In this document: piece by piece, positions 38,491-47,001 of the stretch
How positions within the stretch are numbered: position 1 is the stretch's first letter
Layout: every line of letters begins with the position of its first letter
DNA from: Planctomycetota bacterium
GTDB lineage: Bacteria; Planctomycetota; UBA8108; SXIK01
Reading direction: 5' to 3'
Assembly (NCBI GenBank): GCA_965223845.1
Contig: CBDCXR010000004.1
Location: 1,728,001-1,792,000, forward strand
Length of the DNA stretch: 64,000 bases
The notes under the pieces: generated by a model
Database searches by the model: none
Seen by the model: only the letters and a program-made list of their open reading frames with translations
Told to the model about the DNA's origin: nothing
Made by a program: the position numbers and the translations under genes

Positions 38491-39207
38491 TTAGTTCCGG
38501 GTCGCCGACGAGCGTGCCTTGTCGTACGCCGCTTGTAACTCCGGGTCTACCGTGGTGTGACGACCGCGGTACACGACGACGATGCTCCGTCGCGCGCGTT
38601 CGCTCCGATTGGGGTGGCTGCGGTGAATGATCTGCGAATGATGGAGGAGCGCGTCTCCAGGTTCGAGCTCGGGCTGATACACCTCGAATCGGTTCGCCGG
38701 CGGTTCGTTCGCAAGTGCGAAAGAGTTGCCGCGGACTCCCGACGCCCGGTGGGGCTCGAGCTCGCGATGGGATCCTAGCAGGTACTCGACGGCGCCGTTC
38801 TCACGCGTGACGCGGTCGAGCGCGATCCAAAGCGTCACCACATCCGCAGGGCGCCGACAGAAGTACGCGTTGTCCTGGTGGTAGGGAACGACGGACCCCA
38901 CGCGCGCCGGCTTCCAGAACGTCTCGACACCGAGAGGTTCCGGCTCGCCCACGAGTTCGGCCGCGAGCTCGAGAAAGCTCGGCTGCACCATCCACCGCCG
39001 GAAGTACGGATCGTGCTTGTCCATGCGCCAAAAGTTCCGCACGCTCTCACCGTCTGATTCGAGAACGTAGTCGTCTTCCGGGAGTCGGGGGAGAACCTCG
39101 CGCCGGTAGCGATCGAGCGCGGCTTCGAGCTCGGCGACCGCGCCTGTGTCGAGGAGTCCCCGCTGCAGCACGACGCCGCGGCGATCGTAGTCATCTCGGA
39201 TTCGCAT
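38491..39207 (-). CDS. Phytanoyl-CoA dioxygenase (PhyH) family Fe(II)/2-oxoglutarate oxygenase
   Basis: FWKPA, HQD, WIALD...ENG...GSH, PGDALLHH...HRS and distal Arg. Confidence 0.88.
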   Translation of the reverse strand: MRIRDDYDRRGVVLQRGLLDTGAVAELEAALDRYRREVLPRLPEDDYVLESDGESVRNFWRMDKHDPYFRRWMVQPSFLELAAELVGEPEPLGVETFWKPARVGSVVPYHQDNAYFCRRPADVVTLWIALDRVTRENGAVEYLLGSHRELEPHRASGVRGNSFALANEPPANRFEVYQPELEPGDALLHHSQIIHRSHPNRSERARRSIVVVYRGRHTTVDPELQAAYDKARSSATRN

Positions 39208-39255
39208 CGGTCCCTCCCGGCGCTGATCCAATCGGCTCGCGGAGGGACGCGGCGG

Positions 39256-40596
39256 TCACAAGACCTCGCGACGCGTCGGTCGGATCTTTCTCGACCGCCC
39301 TCGCGTCGCGCGTCGTGCCTCCCGACTCTCCCACTCGCGAAGCGCGGGAAGATTCTCCTCGAGCTTCGTGAAGATCGACGCGAGACGGCGCATGCGACCG
39401 GCGTCCTGCCGGATGAAGTTCCATTCCATGTCGAGCGACTTCGAGATCTTCTCTTCGCAGGCCGGAAAACGCTGACCGCGAAAGCGCACGCGAGCGTCGC
39501 GAAGGTGCTTCGTCCAAATCGTCTTCGGCCCACGATAGCCACTCGCGCGAAGTCGCTCCCAATGCGGAATCGGTGCGGGCACGTAGCCGCCGACCTCGAG
39601 ACCCTCCGCTGCGAGCGCACGGATGTACGTCTCTCGGCGGATTCCGGCCGCAGCCTCGTCGAAATTGAGGCTCAGGGTGTAGTAGCCCGGCTTCTCGTCG
39701 GCACGAAAGTCTGGAAAGCGAACCGCGCTCACGCCGGCGAGGAGTCGTTTGAGCCGGGCGACGTTCTTTCGTCGACCTTCGACCTCGCGGTCGACCTTCT
39801 TCAGTTGCTCCGTGAGGAGCACGGCGGCCACGGGCGACAAACGATACGAGTAGACGAGCGAATCGACGTAGGGGAGAAGCGCGCGCGGGAAACCGGGATC
39901 CGGCGATCGACCCATGTGCTGACAACAGAGTGCGGCCTTCCAGTACACGTCTTCCTGCTTCGTTAGGAGATATCCCGCCTCGAGTGTCCCGAGGAGCTTG
40001 AATCCCATGCAGCTGAATCCCGCCGCATCGCCGAACTCTCCGACCTTGCGACCGCGCACCTCCGCTCCGTGGGCTTGACTTCCGTCCTCGACCACGGGGA
40101 TGCCGCGCTTTCTCGCGACGCGGAGAATCGCCGGCATGTCGCAGGGGTGGCCGTGGATGTGGACCGGGAGGATCGCCTTCGTGCGCCGCGTAATGAGCGG
40201 CTCGATCGTCGCTGGATCCATGACTCCGGTGTCGGGATCGACGTCCGTGAACACCGGGACCGCACCGCAGTGGAGGATGCAGGAGACCGACGCCCCCCAG
40301 GAATACGGGGTCGTGATCACTTCGTCCCCCGGCTCGATCTCGAGGCCGACGAGGGCCATCTGAAGCGACGCATGACCCGACGAGAGAACCATCGCGTGCT
40401 TCGCGTTCTGCCACTCGGCGATGGCTTCTTCCGCTTCGCGAATGATCGGGTGATGCTTCCCGAGACCGACCGTCATGCCGGTTTCGAGGAGCTTGGTCGC
40501 TCGCGCGATCGCACGACGGCTGAATTCCGGGTGTTGATCGGGATCGATCGAGCCCACCGGATCGCCGCCGAGAAGAGCGGCCTTGTTGTCAGTCAC
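39256..40596 (-). CDS. DegT/DnrJ/EryC1/StrS PLP-dependent aminotransferase
   Basis: SSGHASL, PGDEVITTPY, PVHIHG, EDGSQAHGA and FSCMGFK (PLP lysine). GTG start at 40596. Confidence 0.88.
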   Translation of the reverse strand: MTDNKAALLGGDPVGSIDPDQHPEFSRRAIARATKLLETGMTVGLGKHHPIIREAEEAIAEWQNAKHAMVLSSGHASLQMALVGLEIEPGDEVITTPYSWGASVSCILHCGAVPVFTDVDPDTGVMDPATIEPLITRRTKAILPVHIHGHPCDMPAILRVARKRGIPVVEDGSQAHGAEVRGRKVGEFGDAAGFSCMGFKLLGTLEAGYLLTKQEDVYWKAALCCQHMGRSPDPGFPRALLPYVDSLVYSYRLSPVAAVLLTEQLKKVDREVEGRRKNVARLKRLLAGVSAVRFPDFRADEKPGYYTLSLNFDEAAAGIRRETYIRALAAEGLEVGGYVPAPIPHWERLRASGYRGPKTIWTKHLRDARVRFRGQRFPACEEKISKSLDMEWNFIRQDAGRMRRLASIFTKLEENLPALREWESREARRATRGRSRKIRPTRREVL

Positions 40597-40734
40597 GGAT
40601 CTCTTCCCTCCTTTGCGCGATCGGCGGATCACACCCGTCGGGCGGGCGCATCGCCGACTCGCCGGTGTGCGTTCGCCCGCCGACGAAGCTCGATCATCGA
40701 ATTCTCCGCACCGCCCGCTCGAGCGTCAACGGTG

Positions 40735-41235
40735 TCAGGCGGGAGGCTTCGAGAGCGCCCGGACAAACGGCGTCCGTCCGAGCCGGGAGAGTCCGAGAAT
40801 CGCGGCGCACACGATCGCCGCCGCGATCGCCTCGTCGATCTCGGCCTTGACGGCGCAAGAGCCCGCGAGCGAGGCGACGTAGACCGAGAGGTTGGGCGCG
40901 AGACTCGACGCGGATTGTGCCTCCATGTCTTCGACGGCCTGGACGAGCGGGCCGAACACCGCCGCGGGGAGCTGCGGATCGGTCCGCTCGAGGTCGTCGA
41001 AGAAACTCTCGATGGACGCCTCCGGGTTCTCCTCGAACCAGTATCGCTCCGGCACGGTACGTCCGCCCGGAGGACCGGAGAGAAACTGCCTCACCGCGTC
41101 GCACCCGAGCCGCGCTCGTTCCGACGTGTCTCGAGCTTCGTGGTAGGCCTTGAGCACGAATTCGCGCAAGGCTTCCTCGTCGACAGCGAATCCGTTCCCC
41201 GCGGGAACGTTCTCTTCACCTTCCGTCACCGTCAA
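40735..41235 (-). CDS. Hypothetical protein
   Basis: TTG start overlaps the upstream TGA (TTGA), with GGAG RBS. No motif recognised. Confidence 0.5.
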   Translation of the reverse strand: MTVTEGEENVPAGNGFAVDEEALREFVLKAYHEARDTSERARLGCDAVRQFLSGPPGGRTVPERYWFEENPEASIESFFDDLERTDPQLPAAVFGPLVQAVEDMEAQSASSLAPNLSVYVASLAGSCAVKAEIDEAIAAAIVCAAILGLSRLGRTPFVRALSKPPA

Positions 41236-43697
41236 ACTCCTTCTCGCTGATCGCGGAGAAGTGCGCCGTCCGTCCGGTCGGTCGTCGGCTGGTACCCCGC
41301 GAGCGGCAGCATCCGCGTGTGGATCGCGTCGAGGATCCAGTCGGCGCTCGGAAAAAACAGATCCTCGCACTCTGCTGCGGGAGTGATCCAGTTCCGCGCG
41401 CCCACGATCGTGACCGGGGCGTCGAGGTCGTCGAACGCGAGCTGCTGGATGGTCGTCGCCATGGTCTGGAGCGCGCTCCCACGTTCGCAGGCGTCGGAGG
41501 CGAGCAGAATGCGTCCGGTCTTTCTCACCGAAGCGAGGACGAGGTCGTAGTCGAAGGGGACGAGGCTCCGCGCATCGATCAGTTCGACGCTCAACCCGAA
41601 TTCTCGCTCCAGCCGATCCGCGGCTTCGACCGCGCGGTAGAGCGTCGCGCCGACGGTGAGGATCGTCAGATCGCGCCCTTCGCGCTTCACATCGGGAAGG
41701 CCGATCGGAATCGTGTAGAGCTCCGCGGGAACTTCGTCGCGAAACTGCTCGGTGACTCCGTAGGTGCGCTGACTCTCGAAAAAGACGACCGGATCGTTGC
41801 CGCGGAGGGCCGACGCCATGAGCCCCTTTGCGTCGTACGGCGTCGCCGGGAAGACGACCTTCAGACCGGGGATGTGAGCCGTGAGCGCCGTCCAGTCCTG
41901 CGAATGCTGCGCGCCGTACTTGCTACCCACGCTCACGCGGAGCACGACCGGCATGCGGAGAACTCCCGCGGACATCGACTGCCACTTGGCGAGCTGATTG
42001 AAGATCTCGTCGCCCGCCCGGCCCATGAAGTCGCAGTACATGAGCTCGACGAGAGCCCGTCCACCCTCCATGGCGTACCCGACCGCCGTACCCACGATCG
42101 CTCCTTCGGAGATCGGGGCGTTGAAGAATCGGTGGTAGGGGAGGCTCTCCGTCATTCCGCGATAGACGGCGAACGCGCCGTCCCAGTCGCGGTTCTCTTC
42201 CCCGTACGCGACGAGTCGCTCGTCGTTGTAGAAGTGGTGAACGATGGACTCGAAGAGCGCATCGCGATACGAGACCGCACGGCTTTCCGGGAGCTCGGCG
42301 CCGGTCTCGGGGTCGCGGCCCGACCGACTCTTTCCCGCGATCGCGCGAACGCGCGAGTTCTCCTCCAGCGGCTTCAAAACCGCGTCCGGACCGATTCCAG
42401 GGAGATCGCTCTCCGGCGTGTGGCAGAACATCACGCGGGCGATGTCGTCCCCCCCGAGCCGCGGTGAGATCTCGAGATCGATCGCGAACCGGTACGCGCG
42501 TTCGAGCTTTCCGTCCACGTAACTTCCCGCGCGGTCGATATCCTCGTCGGAGGCGCATCCCGCCGCGAGAAGCTGTTCGGCGAACTCCTTGATCGGGTCG
42601 ACTTCGCGCCAGAGGGCGATCTCTTCCCGCGTCCGATAGGCACTCGCGTCGCTTGGCGAGTGACCGCTCTGCCGGTAGGTGAGGATGTCGAGCAGCACCG
42701 GCCCATCGCCGCCTTGGATGACCTCGATCTTGCGTCGGAACGCGTCTGCGACCGCGAGAGGGTTATTCCCGTCGACCGTCTCCGCGTGCAGGTTGAACCG
42801 ATTGAGCCCCGCCGCGATGCACGCGAGGCGCGCGAACCCCATCGTTTCGCCCTGAGTCTGGCCGCCCATGCCGTAGAAGTTGTTCATGAAGGCGAACACG
42901 ATGGGTAGTCCGCCGCGGTAAGGATCTTTCCAGAGGCTCCAGAGCTGCCCCATCGTCGCAAAATTGAACGACTCCCACACGGGACCGCAGCCGGTCGATG
43001 CATCGCCGATGTTCGCCACCGCGATCCCCGGCGCGCGTCGGACCCGCTTGTAGAGCGCTGCGCCCGTGGCGATATCGGCGCTGCCGCCGACGAGAGCGTT
43101 GTTCGGGAAAACGCCGAAAGGCGGAAAGAACGCGTGCATCGATCCGCCGAGTCCGCGATTGAACCCGGGGCTGCGCGCGAAGATCTCGGCGAGAAGTCCG
43201 TAGACGAGATAGTCGACGGCGCGGTCGCGGATGCTCTCGACCCGTTCTCGCTCGATCACTCGCAGGACGTCTCCGCCGAGGTACGACGTCATGATGCGCT
43301 CGAGGCTCGAGTCGTCGAGGGTCTCGATCGCGCGCATTCCCTTCGCGAGAATCTCGCCGTGGCTGCGGTGGCTTCCGAAGATGTGGTCGTCGACCGTCAG
43401 ATGAAAAGCTTCACCGACGGCGGCGGCCTCCTGGCCGACCGAGAGGTGCGCCGGGCCCTTGTGATCGTAGGCGACGCCGCCGAAGCTGCCGAGCTTCTTC
43501 ACCTCGCCGAGCATCTCCTCGAAGCGCCGGATGAGAAGCATGTCGCGGTACATGCGCAGCGCGTCGCCGGCGGAGAGCGCGCCGGCCGCGATCTCGTCCG
43601 CGAGCGATCTCGCGTACTGATTGACCGGAATCGATCCGAGCTCGACCTGTGTCGAACGGCGGACCTTGCTCGGATCTACGAGGATCTCTTTAACCAT
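41232..43697 (-). CDS. Fused E1 alpha/beta TPP-dependent 2-oxoacid dehydrogenase-like protein
   Basis: Alpha half: HLSVGQEA, GLGGSMH, GDAS...MNN and TYRQSGHS. Beta half: NAPISE, YGAQHSQ and PGLKVVFPATPYDAKG. Confidence 0.9.
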   Translation of the reverse strand: MVKEILVDPSKVRRSTQVELGSIPVNQYARSLADEIAAGALSAGDALRMYRDMLLIRRFEEMLGEVKKLGSFGGVAYDHKGPAHLSVGQEAAAVGEAFHLTVDDHIFGSHRSHGEILAKGMRAIETLDDSSLERIMTSYLGGDVLRVIERERVESIRDRAVDYLVYGLLAEIFARSPGFNRGLGGSMHAFFPPFGVFPNNALVGGSADIATGAALYKRVRRAPGIAVANIGDASTGCGPVWESFNFATMGQLWSLWKDPYRGGLPIVFAFMNNFYGMGGQTQGETMGFARLACIAAGLNRFNLHAETVDGNNPLAVADAFRRKIEVIQGGDGPVLLDILTYRQSGHSPSDASAYRTREEIALWREVDPIKEFAEQLLAAGCASDEDIDRAGSYVDGKLERAYRFAIDLEISPRLGGDDIARVMFCHTPESDLPGIGPDAVLKPLEENSRVRAIAGKSRSGRDPETGAELPESRAVSYRDALFESIVHHFYNDERLVAYGEENRDWDGAFAVYRGMTESLPYHRFFNAPISEGAIVGTAVGYAMEGGRALVELMYCDFMGRAGDEIFNQLAKWQSMSAGVLRMPVVLRVSVGSKYGAQHSQDWTALTAHIPGLKVVFPATPYDAKGLMASALRGNDPVVFFESQRTYGVTEQFRDEVPAELYTIPIGLPDVKREGRDLTILTVGATLYRAVEAADRLEREFGLSVELIDARSLVPFDYDLVLASVRKTGRILLASDACERGSALQTMATTIQQLAFDDLDAPVTIVGARNWITPAAECEDLFFPSADWILDAIHTRMLPLAGYQPTTDRTDGALLRDQREGV

Positions 43698-43913
43698 GGA
43701 GTTTGATTCTGCCTTGTCGCGATGCCGCGTGCTGCTCGGAGGAGCCGGTCACGACGGAGGACCGTCACCTCGGTCGCCCGTCCGCGCTTCGCGTCGCTGA
43801 CCTGGACCCGGTCAACATCGGCTTCGGCCGGTGTCTCGAACCGGCTCCCAGCGCGGGAGTGGGACTTATCCGAGTGCACCGCCGTAAATCGGTGACGCGC
43901 TCGAGAATCCCGT

Positions 43914-43942
43914 AGTGTAGGAACTGAGGCGCGACGCGACAA
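43914..43942 (-). promoter_or_regulatory. Putative promoter of the fused E1 gene
   Basis: Minus strand TTGTCG(43942-43937)-17 nt-TACACT(43919-43914), about 215 nt before ATG 43697. Confidence 0.5.
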
Positions 43943-44026
43943 GAGAGGACCGCCCCGTGACGGGCCGAAGATGCGGGAATTGGGCCGCTGTTCGCCGAAC
44001 CAGACCCGCGAGCGCTCGATCGCCCG

Positions 44027-44659
44027 CTACCGCCCTAGGACCAGCGTGCGCTCCGGCACCGTGAGTCCGCTCACGTACTCGAAGCGGCTGACGTTCGCGA
44101 GGCGGTTGATGCCGACGCTATCGATCGAGTTCACCGCCAGTCGCTCGAGCTCAGCGGCGAGATCGATCACCAGCGTGCGCGCATCGCGCCAGGCGAGCGA
44201 ACCGGGGCTCGCGCGGGCGAATCCGTGCTCGAGCTCGCGCGAGTCGAGTCGGAGATTCTCGCCCCGCCGACGAGTGTCGTCCGGGAACTGCACCTCGATC
44301 ACCGTTCGGCCGTGCCGGTCGACAACGACGCTAGCGGTGAAGTCGGTTCCCCGGATGCGATCGCCGATCTCCGGGTAGACGACCTGAACGAGCCAGGGCG
44401 CGCAGAGGAGCCCCGAAAGTACGGCGACGGGAAACGCGATCCACGCGAGCGTCGTCGCCGGTTCACGGCGCGCGCTCTGGCGGACGACGACTTCCCACGC
44501 GAGCCCGGAGACAAGCGCGAACCCCGCTGCCCAACCGAGCGGGACGAGAACGCGCTCCGCCGGGGTTCCCGTTGCGACGTGAACGAGACCGACCAGCGCG
44601 GCGACGACGACGAGCAGTCCGAGCGCTCGCGAGTACCGCCGCGACGCCGCGGACGTCAA
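44027..44659 (-). CDS. Hypothetical membrane protein (3 TM helices plus soluble C-terminal domain)
   Basis: Three hydrophobic segments. TTG start overlaps the upstream TGA. Confidence 0.55.
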   Translation of the reverse strand: MTSAASRRYSRALGLLVVVAALVGLVHVATGTPAERVLVPLGWAAGFALVSGLAWEVVVRQSARREPATTLAWIAFPVAVLSGLLCAPWLVQVVYPEIGDRIRGTDFTASVVVDRHGRTVIEVQFPDDTRRRGENLRLDSRELEHGFARASPGSLAWRDARTLVIDLAAELERLAVNSIDSVGINRLANVSRFEYVSGLTVPERTLVLGR

Positions 44660-45114
44660 TCGCCGATCCGCCGGAGCGTCCACCGTCCCTCGACGACCAG
44701 ATTCTCGTACTCGAGCGCCCGCGCGAGGAATGCGCCGCCGGTGACGGTCTGAGGATCGGCGACGACGCCGCTCATGCGCCAAAACCAATCTTCGCTCCGG
44801 TGCTCGACCAAGACGACGGTCGCCGGCTTCTCTCCGTCGCGAGACTTGGCCGTCTTGACGTCGCCGTAGAGGGGCGGAATGCCCGGAGCCGTCAGCTCGA
44901 TGAGCTCGTTCTTCTCACCCCAGCCGATCCGCAGGTCGACGTCTCGATCCTCGATTGGAAACGGGAGGAGGTTTTGACTCCGCTGAAGGTGAAAGCTGAG
45001 GCGCCACTTTCCGGGTTCGAGGCTGTGCGACGCGCAACCGGACGATCCGAGCGCGATCGCTGCGAGAACGAGGCCTCGAGAAATCCAGACAGAATTCGTG
45101 TGCGTTCGTTCCAT
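44656..45114 (-). CDS. Hypothetical lipoprotein
   Basis: LVLAAIALGSSGC lipobox-like signal and beta-rich mature part. Confidence 0.6.
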   Translation of the reverse strand: MERTHTNSVWISRGLVLAAIALGSSGCASHSLEPGKWRLSFHLQRSQNLLPFPIEDRDVDLRIGWGEKNELIELTAPGIPPLYGDVKTAKSRDGEKPATVVLVEHRSEDWFWRMSGVVADPQTVTGGAFLARALEYENLVVEGRWTLRRIGD

Positions 45115-45356
45115 AGTATTTCGTTTATCGGTGGGGCCGCCGCGGAATCTCCACCCAATCGGTAAAGAATGACGAGGTCCGGCTGCGGGAAGGAGGAGGG
45201 ACCTCTTTCGTACCACGAAGACGCCCCGAATCAAGCTCGTCGCCCCTTGTGCACGTCCCTTTCAGATCGCTCCCGCTGTGGTATCGTGCGGGCGCGAAGC
45301 GAGTTCGAAGAGCGGGATCGCGGACTCGAGCTTCTCGGCCCGCCAAGGATGAAGGC

Positions 45357-46142
45357 ATGGACCAGGACGAACTCGATCGAAGGCGGAGCCTGGCGGAAGC
45401 CGCGGCGGTCGACGCCGGACGGATCACCCTCCGCTACTTTCAGTCCGCGGATCTCGAGACCGAGCTCAAGGCGGACGACACCCCGGTGACCGTCGCTGAC
45501 CGCGAGGCCGAGGCGCTCCTCTTCGATCGCCTCCTCGGTGAATTCCCCGCGGATGCCTTCCTCGGCGAGGAGCGGGGGGATCGCCCCGGAACCTCTCCCT
45601 ACCGGTGGATCGTCGATCCGATCGACGGCACGCGATCGTTCGTGCAGGGCGTTCCCCTGTACGGTGTTCTCGTCGCTCTGGTGGACGCGAGCGGCGAGCC
45701 TCTCATCGGCGTGGCGCACTTCCCGGCGCTCGACGAGACGGTTTCGGCCGCTAAGGGACGCGGCTGTCGCTGGAATGATCGACCGGCGCGCGTCTCGGAC
45801 ACGAGAACGCTCGACGAGGCTTGCGTTGTTTTCACGGGGCTCGAGACCGTTGCCGAAGGAGATGCGAACGCGGCCTTCGACGCGGTCAGCCGGCGTGCCC
45901 GACTGGTCCGCAACTGGGGTGATTGCTACGGCCACATCCTCGTCGCGACCGGCCGCGCCGAAGTGATGCTCGACCCGGTCCTCTCCGACTGGGACTGCGC
46001 CGCGCTGCTTCCGATCCTCGAGGAAGCCGGTGGATCCTTCACCGATTGGCGCGGCGCGCGGACCGTGTTCGGAAAGAGCGGAATCTCGACGAATGCTCGC
46101 GTCCGCGCCGAGATCTCGCACCTGCTCGAACCGCCGTCGTGA
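45357..46142 (+). CDS. hisN: Histidinol-phosphatase, inositol monophosphatase family
   Basis: KADDTPVTVADREAE, GEE, WIVDPIDGTRSF, WGDCYG and WDCAA. Confidence 0.8.
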   Translation: MDQDELDRRRSLAEAAAVDAGRITLRYFQSADLETELKADDTPVTVADREAEALLFDRLLGEFPADAFLGEERGDRPGTSPYRWIVDPIDGTRSFVQGVPLYGVLVALVDASGEPLIGVAHFPALDETVSAAKGRGCRWNDRPARVSDTRTLDEACVVFTGLETVAEGDANAAFDAVSRRARLVRNWGDCYGHILVATGRAEVMLDPVLSDWDCAALLPILEEAGGSFTDWRGARTVFGKSGISTNARVRAEISHLLEPPS

Positions 46143-46158
46143 CCCGGTCGAGTCGCTA

Positions 46159-46242
46159 CCCGGTGATTCAACCCCGGTTATTCAACCCCGGTTATTCAAC
46201 CCCGGTTATTCAACCCCGGTTATTCAACCCCGGTTATTCAAC
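46159..46242. repeat. Tandem repeat, 6 x 14 bp (CCCGGTTATTCAAC)
   Basis: Five identical units at 46173-46242 plus one variant (CCCGGTGATTCAAC) at 46159-46172, between convergent genes. Confidence 0.95.
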
Positions 46243-46647
46243 CCTGTCGACGAGGCTCGACGTGACGTCCGCCTGGCGCTGACAGTCGATGCACAGCCGA
46301 GCGAACGGAAGAAACTCGAGTCGTGCGGGGGCGATCGCGCCGCCGCAGTCCTCGCACCGGCCGTAGGTGCCGGCCGCGATCTTCTCGAGAGCGGAATCGA
46401 TCTGATCGATGTTGCTCGCACCGAGATCGACGATGGCGCAGAGCGAATCGGCGTCCGACGAGTCGCCGGACATCTCCTCGAGATCGGCGATGTGGTGTCG
46501 GTCGGCGCTCCGCAGAGCGCTCAACTGACTGTTTTGCTGCTGCACGAGCTGCTCACGGCGCGCGAGCAGCGCACCGCGGATGGACTTCAACTGCGACGCG
46601 GTGAACGACGGTCCCGAGTCGTTCCCTGACTCATTCTTTCTCGTCAC
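46234..46647 (-). CDS. DksA/TraR C4-type zinc-finger protein
   Basis: Coiled coil followed by IDSALEKIAAGTYGRCEDCGGAIAPARLEFLPFARLCIDCQ. Start set at GTG 46647. Confidence 0.85.
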   Translation of the reverse strand: MTRKNESGNDSGPSFTASQLKSIRGALLARREQLVQQQNSQLSALRSADRHHIADLEEMSGDSSDADSLCAIVDLGASNIDQIDSALEKIAAGTYGRCEDCGGAIAPARLEFLPFARLCIDCQRQADVTSSLVDRVE

Positions 46648-47001
46648 TGATTTCTCGTTGGCTGACGTTGTGCTCGAAGCTTCTACGTCTTCTCGACGTC
46701 TCGGTTCGAAGCCTTGAGTGTTGCTCTTCGATTCGAATCCCGGTTCTGCGGTGGGATTTCGGAGAGCCCTCTCGAGTTCCTCGCTCGATGACACTCTCCA
46801 GCCTACCACCGCCGAGACACTCTCGCACTTTCTCCGGCCGGCGCGATGCGGGGAAGTGGTTGTAACGATGTCCGAGGGAAAAACCCAGTCGCAATCTCGC
46901 GCGAAGTGTGCTTCCTCTCGCCGTCGACTTCGATCGGGTGGCGGGCGAGAATGTGTTCGTCGTGGCGATCGCGCCGTCCCCCATCTCGACGAACCGACTC
47001 G

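Noticed and set aside
43741-43850. Possible tRNA (including tRNA-Sec), SRP RNA or TPP riboswitch
   Set aside because: Multi-stem fold and nearby CCA, but no proper T-arm/anticodon geometry, no SRP GGAA/AGCAG motif and no TPP CUGAGA motif; kept only as an unclassified structure
46159-46242. Possible CRISPR array
   Set aside because: Units are 14 bp, directly adjacent, with no spacers and no cas genes
46030-46629. ORFs with repeated peptide STPVIQPRLFNPGY
   Set aside because: Translation of the 14-bp intergenic repeat, overlapping hisN and antisense to the dksA-like gene
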